This document shows, piece after piece, positions 1 through 7,597 of a stretch of 24,000 nt of DNA. Source of the DNA: Tepidibacter sp. Z1-5. GTDB lineage: Bacteria; Bacillota; Clostridia; Peptostreptococcales; Peptostreptococcaceae. The position numbers and the translations under genes were made by a program. The DNA is taken from positions 5,653 through 29,652 of the forward strand of contig NZ_JBBMMD010000083.1 in the NCBI RefSeq assembly GCF_037844525.1, read 5' to 3'. How positions within the stretch are numbered: the first letter of the stretch is position 1; each line of letters opens with the position of its first letter. A model generated the notes under the pieces. The model saw only the letters and a program-made list of their open reading frames with translations, did not search any database and was not told the DNA's origin.

Positions 1-154
1 ACTTTAAAAGATTAGGAATTACTAAAAGAGCATAAGCCATAGTCATAAAAGTAGTAAATCCAGCTAAGATTTCCGTTTTTATATTTGTCTTATTTTCTCT
101 TAGTTCAAAAAACATATCTACTATATTAGTATTTTCTTGAACTGTTGATTTCAT
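1..154 (-). CDS. NCS2-family purine permease (guanine/hypoxanthine type, AzgA/PbuG-like), N-terminal fragment; the gene continues past the window start
   Basis: Hand translation from ATG (complement of 152-154) gives MKSTVQENTNIVDMFFELRENKTNIKTEILAGFTTFMTMAYALLVIPNLLK. The EILAGxTTFMTMAY segment is typical of this family. AAGGAG lies 10 nt upstream and a purine riboswitch lies immediately upstream. It is absent from the ORF track because it is truncated. Confidence 0.8.
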   Translation of the reverse strand, partial: MKSTVQENTNIVDMFFELRENKTNIKTEILAGFTTFMTMAYALLVIPNLLK

Positions 155-186
155 AAATCATCATCTCCTTTTAATATACCATCACA

Positions 187-229
187 AAAAACCACAATTG
201 GATTATAAGATAATCCAATTGTGGTTTTT
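187..229 (-). terminator. Intrinsic terminator forming the expression platform of the purine riboswitch
   Basis: Perfect 19-bp stem (187-205 pairs with 211-229) with 5-nt loop. On the minus strand it is followed by UUUUUUGUGAU. It lies between the aptamer and the permease start codon. Confidence 0.8.
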
Positions 230-277
230 GATAACATTAAAGCTGATAATTTGCAATTTTAATATAGCTTTTTATTA

Positions 278-356
278 GGATCACCCATAGAGAGAAAATT
301 TTTACGGTATCTCGTAGAAACTTCTGAACCATATTATCAGAATTATACGGACGGCA
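278..356 (-). promoter_or_regulatory. Purine riboswitch aptamer, guanine/hypoxanthine-type (C at the specificity position)
   Basis: The minus strand reads CCGUAUAAUUCUGAUAAUAUGGUUCAGAAGUUUCUACGAGAUACCGUAAAAAUUUUCUCUCUAUGGG. This matches the G-box core UAUAAU..P2..AUAUGG..P2'..AGUUUCUAC..P3..ACCGUAAA..P3'..(U)C-UAUGG. P2 is UUCUGA/UCAGAA. P3 is short and AU-rich (GAGA/UCUC plus one more pair). A purine permease gene lies downstream. Confidence 0.85.
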
Positions 357-381
357 TATTTTTTAATTTTTATATTTCAAA

Positions 382-410
382 ATAATAACACTATATTTTT
401 ATAAAGTCAA
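382..410 (-). promoter_or_regulatory. Sigma-A-type promoter for the riboswitch-permease unit
   Basis: On the minus strand, TTGACT (complement of 405-410), a 17-nt spacer, then TATTAT (complement of 382-387). This sits about 25 nt upstream of the aptamer. Confidence 0.55.
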
Positions 411-436
411 TTACAATTTCGAAATAATAAAATTGT

Positions 437-1054
437 TTATTTTTTGAATATTCCGAAAGGTTTTCCAACCGGAAGAAATATTTTTCCAAAATGTTCATTC
501 AATACAGCAGCTGCAGAACCATAGAAAGACACTATTGCAATAAGTAGTTCTGAAATTGCAGCAACTTCATGAGTAAATTCAGGCATTATGCCAAATGTAC
601 TTAAAGTCAATCCTATAAATAAGAAATCTATCAATACAAATATTGTAAATAAAACCTTGTGAGTCTCCATTGCTCCTATAGTCATGAATGCAGTGAATAT
701 TAAATATCCTAAAAAAGCAAATCCAAGTTGCTTAATATCTGCTCCCGCAGCCAGTTTCTCTCCAAATACTCCATTTTGAATAAGCCACGAAGTTCCAACT
801 CCAAACCAAAAAAATGCATATCCTCCAAACGCAGTTGTTCCAAAAACATTTCCTTTTTTAGAATCATTAATACAAGCAAATAATTGTGCAAATGCTCCTA
901 AAAATATTGCCCAAGGTATTATAAATGAAACCCCCTGAGTAAGACCCAATTTTTGAGATGATGCTACAAGAGTTACCATAGCTAATCCAAACAATCCCAT
1001 TGCCGATGGATCTGCGTTACTAATTTTTACAATTTTTGTTTCATTAGTATTCAT
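437..1054 (-). CDS. GPR1/FUN34/YaaH family acetate/succinate channel (SatP-like)
   Basis: 205 aa with six predicted hydrophobic helices. The N-terminal NADPSAMGLFGLAMVTL resembles the family NPAPLGL signature, and there are FGGYAFFWF aromatic-rich helices. AGGAGG lies 6 nt upstream of the ATG. Confidence 0.85.
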   Translation of the reverse strand: MNTNETKIVKISNADPSAMGLFGLAMVTLVASSQKLGLTQGVSFIIPWAIFLGAFAQLFACINDSKKGNVFGTTAFGGYAFFWFGVGTSWLIQNGVFGEKLAAGADIKQLGFAFLGYLIFTAFMTIGAMETHKVLFTIFVLIDFLFIGLTLSTFGIMPEFTHEVAAISELLIAIVSFYGSAAAVLNEHFGKIFLPVGKPFGIFKK

Positions 1055-1186
1055 ACAAGACCTCCTAAAAATAATTAAAATATAATATAATTTTCGTATT
1101 ATATATTATCACAAAATCACACTTTTTAAAACAAATTTCTACTTTTTTCGAAACATTTTAGCTGTTTTTTTACAATTTCACACAAA

Positions 1187-1232
1187 AAAATAATAATTAA
1201 TATATAATATATTATATATTAATTATTATTTT
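1187..1232. repeat. 46-bp perfect palindrome composed only of A/T
   Basis: All 23 position pairs symmetric about 1209/1210 were checked by hand and are complementary. The palindrome breaks at 1186/1233. Confidence 0.95.
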
Positions 1233-1242
1233 GGTGATTTTA

Positions 1243-1503
1243 TTGAATAAACTATCTAAACTTTTAAAATACAATACACATATAACTATTGAAATTAATA
1301 ATGTCGAAAACAAATTGAATATTTTTGATAAAAAACAAATTATTAAAACTATATATTTTCCATTTAATGATTTAAATGAACATATAGACTATGTATATAA
1401 TGTAATAATTTCAATTAATAATATTAATTTATATATACCTAAAATTTATATAAAAAATACATATCATACTATCACAGGTTCTCCTGATCCAAACAAGTCC
1501 TAA
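1243..1503 (+). CDS. Hypothetical N/I/K/Y-rich small protein (about 86 aa); doubtful
   Basis: The frame is open for 101 codons (1201-1503) in DNA that is about 85% A+T, where stops should occur roughly every 10 codons. There is no in-frame ATG. The best start is TTG at 1243, with GGTGA 5 nt upstream. I recognised no family motif. Confidence 0.3.
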   Translation: MNKLSKLLKYNTHITIEINNVENKLNIFDKKQIIKTIYFPFNDLNEHIDYVYNVIISINNINLYIPKIYIKNTYHTITGSPDPNKS

Positions 1504-1590
1504 CGTAGTAGATGGAGGAGCTACGTTCTAAAAATTCACGTACTTTCATATAGGCAATGAGTCTTCACAGACTCAGTTGCTTAAAAATAA
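1470..1590. ncRNA. GC-enriched structured island A, candidate ncRNA or 3'-UTR structure of unknown class
   Basis: Three hairpins. First, 1502-1508/1521-1527 (7 bp, 12-nt loop). Second, 1554-1564/1569-1580 (11 bp with one bulge; the loop is GUGA when read on the minus strand). Third, 1475-1478/1483-1486. On the minus strand a TATAAT (complement of 1594-1599) lies just upstream. Confidence 0.3.
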
Positions 1591-1630
1591 TATATTATAG
1601 TTTTCTTTTTTTTAATAAAAAATAAAATTA

Positions 1631-2323
1631 TTATTTATACATTAATCTACCACAGTTTTCACATTCAATAATTTCGTTATTATCTAGTTTACTAATTTTA
1701 TTCATAAAAAGTTCAACATTGCATCCCCCACAGATATTGTTCTCAACTTTAACCAAAGCATTTTTATGTTTGTTCTTAATATTATCATATTTAATTAAAT
1801 CATCGTTATTTATTTCACTTTTTAATTCTTCTATCTGATTTAAATTAACATGTATTTTTTTTGTATATTCATCTGTTTTTTTTATAATTTTTTGATTTAA
1901 ATTTTCAATAATTTGTTTTAATTCTACAGATTTGATTTTACATTTTTGTATTTTAGTGTTTAAATTTTCCATTTCATCCATGTTGTTAATTAAATCTCGT
2001 TCAACTATTTCTTTTGATTCTTCTAAATTAATTTCTTTGTTTTTTATATTATCAAGCAATTTTATATCTTTTATTAATCCACTATATAAATCTTTATTTA
2101 TCTTTTTTAATTCATTTTCCTTATTTTTCAAATCATCTTCTAATAATATAGTTGTTTTTTTTAAAGTTTCTAGTTCTTTTATATACATTTCCTCAAGACT
2201 ATTTATTTTAGATAATTTAGTTTTCATTTCTGATAATTTTGGATATTTTTGAATATATATTATCTTAGTTTTAATTTTATCTATTAAATTGTATTTTTGA
2301 TCTAATTTTATAATTTGATTCAT
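1631..2323 (-). CDS. DUF164/COG1579-type coiled-coil protein with C-terminal C4 zinc ribbon
   Basis: 230 aa with a long K/E/L/N-rich coiled coil. The C-terminus has CGGC...(17 aa)...CENC. GGAGG lies 7 nt upstream. It is the conserved neighbour of nif3. Confidence 0.85.
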   Translation of the reverse strand: MNQIIKLDQKYNLIDKIKTKIIYIQKYPKLSEMKTKLSKINSLEEMYIKELETLKKTTILLEDDLKNKENELKKINKDLYSGLIKDIKLLDNIKNKEINLEESKEIVERDLINNMDEMENLNTKIQKCKIKSVELKQIIENLNQKIIKKTDEYTKKIHVNLNQIEELKSEINNDDLIKYDNIKNKHKNALVKVENNICGGCNVELFMNKISKLDNNEIIECENCGRLMYK

Positions 2324-2366
2324 AATGATACCTCCGTTTAACTATAATTATTTTTTATATTAAAAT

Positions 2367-2390
2367 AAGGAATAGACAAAACTATTCCTT
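2367..2390 (-). terminator. Hairpin at the nif3 stop codon; possible weak terminator or attenuator
   Basis: AAGGAATAG / CTATTCCTT form a 9-bp stem with a 6-nt loop. On the minus strand it is followed by AUUUUAAUAU, so the U-tract is interrupted. Confidence 0.3.
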
Positions 2391-3489
2391 ATATTGTAAC
2401 GAATGGATTTATATTAGATTTTGATTTTAATATTTCTATATTTTCAAACTTATTTTGTAAATATTGCTCGACTATATCTACAAATATATTCTCACTTCCA
2501 AAATGACCAGCATCAATGATTTTTATGCCTAATTCTAAGGCATTTTGAGCATCATGATATTTTACATCTCCAGTAATTAAAACATCTGCTCCCATACTAT
2601 GAGCTTTAGTCATAAATTCAGCTCCAGATCCACTTACTATTGCTATCTTATTTACATAATCTTCTAAATTACCTGTAACTCTTAAATTTTCTATATTTAA
2701 TGATTGTTTTACAATTACTGATAATTCTTTAAACTTCATAGAGTTCTGTAATTCCCCAATTCGTCCAAGTCCATATTTTTTGCCTGTATTTTTCAATTCA
2801 TATATATCATATGCAACTTCTTCATATGGATGTGCGTTTATTATATTATTTATAGCCTGGCTTAAGTTACTTTCTTCACATATACTTTCTATTTTAACTT
2901 CTTTTACAGTCTCTATTTCGTTTTTTGTTCCTATATAAGGATTAGAATCATTTAAAGGTTTAAATCTCCCTACACCATCGAAAGTAAACGAACAATCACT
3001 ATAATTTCCAATATTACCACATCCCATATCTGTCATAGCTTTTCGTATGCACTCCTGATGAGACGCTGGAACATACACAGCTATTTTGTATAGTTTTTGC
3101 TCATATGTAGTATCTAAAACAAGAACATCCTTTAGATCTAATCTTTTAGCTATTTCATCATTTAGTCCATCATAAGCTATATCAAAATTAGTATGTGCCG
3201 AATATAAACTGATATTATTTTTTATTAGCTTATATATATCATTTCCTTTTGTTGTAGATTTGTTTATTTTTTTCAATCCTTTAAATATAAAAGGATGATG
3301 AGTTATTATTAAATCTACTTTATTTTCTACAGCTTCATCTATAACAGCTTGAGTAGCTTCTAATGTAACAAGAATTTTTGCTACTCTAGACATTTCATCA
3401 CCTACAATTAGCCCTATATTATCCCAATTATAAGCTAATGATTTAGGATATTTATTCTCGAATGTTTTTATTATATCTCTAATGTACAT
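2389..3489 (-). CDS. Nif3-like dinuclear metal-centre protein (YqfO family)
   Basis: 366 aa. It has an N-terminal NW D NIGL motif, ITHHPFIF, an inserted PII-like middle domain and a C-terminal DAGHFGSE. Its start overlaps the trmK stop by 11 nt. Confidence 0.9.
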   Translation of the reverse strand: MYIRDIIKTFENKYPKSLAYNWDNIGLIVGDEMSRVAKILVTLEATQAVIDEAVENKVDLIITHHPFIFKGLKKINKSTTKGNDIYKLIKNNISLYSAHTNFDIAYDGLNDEIAKRLDLKDVLVLDTTYEQKLYKIAVYVPASHQECIRKAMTDMGCGNIGNYSDCSFTFDGVGRFKPLNDSNPYIGTKNEIETVKEVKIESICEESNLSQAINNIINAHPYEEVAYDIYELKNTGKKYGLGRIGELQNSMKFKELSVIVKQSLNIENLRVTGNLEDYVNKIAIVSGSGAEFMTKAHSMGADVLITGDVKYHDAQNALELGIKIIDAGHFGSENIFVDIVEQYLQNKFENIEILKSKSNINPFVTI

Positions 3490-4177
3490 AATTTTTCAAC
3501 TCCCCAAGCTTTTGGATTTTAGCTTTACACTCATATATTTTAGATTCTATTTTTTCACCTTCTTTTCCTTCTAATTTTTCAATTATCTTAGAATATTCTC
3601 TTATTTTTTTATCTATAAATTCTAAAATTAAACAATCTTTGTTTTTTAAAAGTTCCTTTCCAATCTCGTAATAAATTTCATCTTCTTGAGATATTTCGCC
3701 TCCAACATACTTAACTACCATTATTTCATAAATTCTGAAATCTTCTTTCACTAAAATTTCTTTATCAATAATAAATCCATTTTTGTGTAAATATTTTCTA
3801 AGTTCAGATGATGCTTGCATTGGTTGTAATATAAGTTTGTCTAATTTTTTTGCTATTTCAAGTTCATTTTCTATCAATTCGCTTATTAAAACTCCTCCCA
3901 TGCCCGCTATTACAACTTCATCTACTTCTCCTATTTTTAATACACTTAGTCCGCTTCCTAATCTAAGCTCTATTTTAGATTCTAGATTACTTGATATAAT
4001 TTCTTTTTTTGCATTTTTTAATGGTCCTTTATTTACATCAGCTGCTATTGCACCTTTTATTTTATCATTTTTCATTAAGTATACAGGTATATAACCATGA
4101 TCAGTTCCTATATCTGCTATCTTTGCATTATGACTAACTAGGTTAGCTACTGCTTCTAATCTTGGAGTTAATTTCAT
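3479..4177 (-). CDS. trmK: tRNA (adenine(22)-N1)-methyltransferase TrmK (YqfN family)
   Basis: 232 aa. The sequence begins MKLTPRLEAVANLV...IADIGTDHGYIPVYL (SAM-binding start of the family) and ends in a C-terminal coiled coil. It is syntenic with nif3 and rpoD as in Bacillus. Confidence 0.85.
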   Translation of the reverse strand: MKLTPRLEAVANLVSHNAKIADIGTDHGYIPVYLMKNDKIKGAIAADVNKGPLKNAKKEIISSNLESKIELRLGSGLSVLKIGEVDEVVIAGMGGVLISELIENELEIAKKLDKLILQPMQASSELRKYLHKNGFIIDKEILVKEDFRIYEIMVVKYVGGEISQEDEIYYEIGKELLKNKDCLILEFIDKKIREYSKIIEKLEGKEGEKIESKIYECKAKIQKLGELKNYVH

Positions 4178-4243
4178 TTTTTACACTTCCTTTCCTGAAT
4201 TAAAATAAGTATTTTAATAATAATAATAATGAGGTGATTTCAT

Positions 4244-4429
4244 ATGAAGAAAGAAATAATTCCACCAAAAAAACTATTAAAATATAAATGGGGTGGAACT
4301 ACCTATGAATGGGCTGAAGAAGCCAAAGAAATAAATGCCCAAATACAAGATTCACAAGAAAAAAATATATCCAAAGATAAATTAAAGAAAGAAATAGAAT
4401 ACGGAAATATGAAGCAATATTGGAATTAG
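4244..4429 (+). CDS. Hypothetical small K/E-rich protein (61 aa)
   Basis: GAGGTGA lies 7 nt upstream of the ATG. The stop is followed directly by a bidirectional terminator. No recognisable motif. Confidence 0.55.
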   Translation: MKKEIIPPKKLLKYKWGGTTYEWAEEAKEINAQIQDSQEKNISKDKLKKEIEYGNMKQYWN

Positions 4430-4432
4430 AAA

Positions 4433-4457
4433 AAAATTCGCCTTATAGGCGAATTTT
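4433..4457. terminator. Bidirectional intrinsic terminator shared by the small ORF (+) and rpoD (-)
   Basis: 10-bp stem (4433-4442 pairs with 4448-4457) with 5-nt loop. An A-run on the left and a T-run on the right are part of the stem. Confidence 0.8.
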
Positions 4458-5573
4458 CTAATCTAAATAATCCTTTAATTTTTTAGATCTACTTGGATGT
4501 CTTAATTTTCTCAATGCCTTTGCTTCTATTTGTCTAATTCTTTCTCTAGTTACATCAAATTCTCTTCCTACCTCTTCAAGCGTTCTAGCTCTTCCATCGG
4601 ATAATCCAAATCTCAATTTTAAGACCTTTTGTTCTCTCTCATTCAATGATCCTAACACTTCTTCAATTTGCTCTTTTAAAAGAGAATAAGCCGCAGCCTC
4701 TGCAGGTGCAGGTGCATCTTCATCTGGTATAAAATCACCCAGATGACTATCTTCTTCTTCTCCAATAGGAGTTTCTAAAGATACTGGTTCCTGTGCTATC
4801 TTTAATATTTCTCTTATTTTATCTTCTGGTATATCCATTTCTTTTGCAATCTCTTCAGGTTTTGGTTCTCTACCTAACTCTTGAAGTAATTGTCTCGATA
4901 CTCTTATAAGTTTATTTATAGTTTCAACCATATGAACAGGTATTCTTATAGTTCTAGCCTGATCTGCTATCGCACGAGTTATTGCTTGTCTTATCCACCA
5001 TGTAGCATAAGTACTAAACTTATATCCCTTAGTATAATCAAATTTTTCAACTGCCTTAATTAAACCTAAGTTTCCTTCTTGAATCAAATCAAGAAATAAC
5101 ATTCCTCTTCCTACATATCTTTTAGCTATACTTACAACTAACCTAAGATTAGCTTCAACTAGTCTCTTTTTAGCTATCTCATCGCCTTGTTCCATTCTTT
5201 TAGCAAGTTCTATTTCTTCTTGTGCCGAAAGAAGAGGTATTTTTCCAATTTCTTTTAAATACATTCTAACCGGATCATCTATATTTATTCCTTTAGGTAA
5301 AGATAAATCTATACTTTCAAAATCTAATTCTTCATCATCACTATCATCTTCATCTTTTTCTACTTTTAGGTTTTCTTTTTTATTTTTTTCTTCTAATACT
5401 TCAATTCCCATTTGTCCTAATGTCTCATATAAATTTTCAACTTGGTCCTTATCTAATTGCACTTCTCCTAAAACTTCCATTATTTCACTATATGTTAAAG
5501 ATCCTTGTTTTTTTCCTTTATCCATTAATTCTTTTACAGATTGTCTTTGTTCTTTACTTATTTTTTTTGCCAT
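4458..5573 (-). CDS. rpoD: Primary RNA polymerase sigma factor (sigma-70/SigA)
   Basis: 371 aa with an acidic region 1. It carries [27 protein letters not shown] (region 2.3/2.4) and region 4.2 [38 protein letters not shown]. Confidence 0.98.
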   Translation of the reverse strand: MAKKISKEQRQSVKELMDKGKKQGSLTYSEIMEVLGEVQLDKDQVENLYETLGQMGIEVLEEKNKKENLKVEKDEDDSDDEELDFESIDLSLPKGINIDDPVRMYLKEIGKIPLLSAQEEIELAKRMEQGDEIAKKRLVEANLRLVVSIAKRYVGRGMLFLDLIQEGNLGLIKAVEKFDYTKGYKFSTYATWWIRQAITRAIADQARTIRIPVHMVETINKLIRVSRQLLQELGREPKPEEIAKEMDIPEDKIREILKIAQEPVSLETPIGEEEDSHLGDFIPDEDAPAPAEAAAYSLLKEQIEEVLGSLNEREQKVLKLRFGLSDGRARTLEEVGREFDVTRERIRQIEAKALRKLRHPSRSKKLKDYLD

Positions 5574-5589
5574 AATAAGTTCCTCCTTT

Positions 5590-7377
5590 CTATAAAATAT
5601 TCTTCATCTCTTTTTCTAATCGTATTATTTCCATTGCAATATCTAACAATTCTCTATCAACCTCACTTGCTTCTATATTTTTATCTTTCTCTTTATTTAG
5701 CTGTAATTCATCTTGCCTTTTAAGTAAATAATCTCTCTTTTTCTTTAAACTGTTTTTTTGCAAAACATTTATAATATCATTTAAATTAATATTTGAATCT
5801 ATGTTAATATCATATATATCCTGTATATATTCTTCTGATATGCCTAAACTTTTCAATTTGTCAATAGTTATTATATCCAATTCATTACTTTTAATTATAT
5901 AATTTAATATTTCTTTACTTTCTTCAAATAAAAAATCATCTATTTCCAAATTCATTAAAATATCATTTCTGTGTTTTTTATCATTTAAAAATATATGAAT
6001 AATTTGTTTTTCTGCAATCTCAATACCACTTTTTTTAATTTTTATTTTTTCTATTTTTTTCTTGAACTCTTTTTTAGATTTATCTTTTTTGTAATATTCA
6101 CCGTAAATTTCACTATTTATGGCATCTATAGATATATTTGTTTCTTTAGAAATTTTATTAATATAATATTCAACTTCAATAGGACTTTTAATATTTTTAA
6201 TAACATTCGCTACATTTTTTGTAAACAGTAATCTATCTTGATCATTATTTAAATTATATTTTTTTTTCAATATATCAATTTTAAATTGAATTAAAGGTAT
6301 AGAATTTTTTAATAACATATTAAATTTATCTAATCCTTCTCTTCTTATATATTCATCAGGATCTTTGTATTTCCCTAAATTTAATACTTTTATATTTAAT
6401 CTAACTTCATTAAATATTTCAACAGCTTTTAAAGTAGCATTAATACCAGCCTCATCATTGTCATAAGCGACTATAACTTTATTGACATATTTTTTTATTA
6501 ACTTTGCTTGTTCAATAGTTAATGCAGTACCTAATGACGCAACTACATTTTTTATACCGTATTGAAAAAGACTTATAACATCCATATAACCTTCTACTAT
6601 AATTAATGTATCATTTTTTATATTTTTTTTAGCAAAATTCAAACCATATAAATTCTTTCTTTTATTAAACAGAATAGTTTCTGATGAATTTAAATATTTA
6701 GGAAGCGAATCATCTAATACTCTACCTCCAAACGCTATAACCTTACCACTTTGATCGAATATAGGAAACATGACTCTGTTTTTAAACCTATTTATATAAT
6801 TTTTTTTATTCTTAGTTTGAATAGCTAACCCACTGTCTATTAAATTTTGTTGCTCATATCCTTTTTGTAACAAATAACGGTTTAAATCATTCCAGTCATT
6901 TTTAGCAAAACCTAATCCAAAATATTTAATTGTTTTATCGTCAAGCCCTCTATCTTTTAAATATTTGTACCCATTATTATTCGAACCCGATATAGACTTA
7001 AAAAAGTATCTAGCTGCATCTAAATTGATTTGATACAATTTCTGCTTTTTATTTATATTTTGCTTAGATTCCTCACTTATTTTTCCTTTTTTAATTTCAA
7101 CACCCGCTCTTTGAGCTAGAAATTCTAAGGCCTCCATGAAATCTACATTTTCCATTTTCATTACGAAATTTATAACATCCCCACCTTCTCCACAACCAAA
7201 ACATTTATACATTTGCTTTTGAGTGCTTATTGAAAATGATGGTGTCTTTTCTGAATGAAAAGGACATAATGCTTTATAATTTACTCCAGCAGATTTTACA
7301 TGTATATAACTAGATATTATATCAACAATGTCATTTCTTAACTTTATTTCTTCTATTATCTCATGCATATCATTCAT
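5590..7377 (-). CDS. dnaG: DNA primase DnaG
   Basis: 595 aa. Zinc finger [12 protein letters not shown]...[14 protein letters not shown] motifs VEGYMDV and AYDNDEAG. Lies immediately upstream of rpoD. Confidence 0.97.
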   Translation of the reverse strand: MNDMHEIIEEIKLRNDIVDIISSYIHVKSAGVNYKALCPFHSEKTPSFSISTQKQMYKCFGCGEGGDVINFVMKMENVDFMEALEFLAQRAGVEIKKGKISEESKQNINKKQKLYQINLDAARYFFKSISGSNNNGYKYLKDRGLDDKTIKYFGLGFAKNDWNDLNRYLLQKGYEQQNLIDSGLAIQTKNKKNYINRFKNRVMFPIFDQSGKVIAFGGRVLDDSLPKYLNSSETILFNKRKNLYGLNFAKKNIKNDTLIIVEGYMDVISLFQYGIKNVVASLGTALTIEQAKLIKKYVNKVIVAYDNDEAGINATLKAVEIFNEVRLNIKVLNLGKYKDPDEYIRREGLDKFNMLLKNSIPLIQFKIDILKKKYNLNNDQDRLLFTKNVANVIKNIKSPIEVEYYINKISKETNISIDAINSEIYGEYYKKDKSKKEFKKKIEKIKIKKSGIEIAEKQIIHIFLNDKKHRNDILMNLEIDDFLFEESKEILNYIIKSNELDIITIDKLKSLGISEEYIQDIYDINIDSNINLNDIINVLQKNSLKKKRDYLLKRQDELQLNKEKDKNIEASEVDRELLDIAMEIIRLEKEMKNIL

Positions 7378-7406
7378 ACAATCACCTTCTATTTAGGTGT
7401 AATATT

Positions 7407-7473
7407 TATTAATTCTTGATAAAATTTATATTTCCTTCATCTGAAAATTCTTAAATTTTATCAAGAATTAATA
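7407..7473. repeat. 22-bp perfect inverted repeat with 23-nt spacer in the dnaG upstream region
   Basis: 7407-7428 is the exact reverse complement of 7452-7473; all 22 pairs were checked. Confidence 0.95.
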
Positions 7474-7560
7474 GTTGAGTATTATTTTTTTATAAATACA
7501 ATTTACTATAATTCGACTTTTTTTAATAAATTCCTTCTTTATTCTTGAAAAATATTTTTA

Positions 7561-7597
7561 AAAAAATAAACAGGGCTAATATAAGCCCTATTTATTT
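7561..7597 (-). terminator. Intrinsic terminator ending the folate/DAHP synthase operon
   Basis: Stem 7564-7576 / 7585-7597 with core AGGGC/GCCCT and an 8-nt loop. On the minus strand it runs into UUUAUUUUUUU. It overlaps the TAG stop at 7588-7590. Confidence 0.75.

Noticed and set aside
1500-1545. On the plus strand, GUAGUAGAUGGAGGAGCUACGUUCUAAA resembles the GAGUAGAUG...CGCGUUAAG part of the THF riboswitch. This was tempting given the folate genes in the window.
   Set aside because: The match is partial and recalled from memory. No plus-strand gene lies downstream for it to regulate, since the next gene is on the minus strand and convergent. The folate operon is 6 kb away with its own short leader.
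1055-1630. Possible RNase P RNA (rnpB) downstream of the nif3/DUF164 pair. I vaguely recall such an arrangement in some other bacteria.
   Set aside because: The universally conserved GGAAAGUCC / ACAGAA P4 elements are absent on both strands. UGAAAGUAC is only a superficial resemblance, and most of the spacer is unstructured AT-rich DNA.
2389-3489. Linking Nif3, often labelled GTP cyclohydrolase 1 type 2 homologue, to the folate operon as an alternative FolE.
   Set aside because: A canonical folE is present in the operon. The nif3-trmK-rpoD-dnaG synteny is a widely conserved housekeeping arrangement unrelated to folate, and the label is a historical annotation rather than a demonstrated activity.
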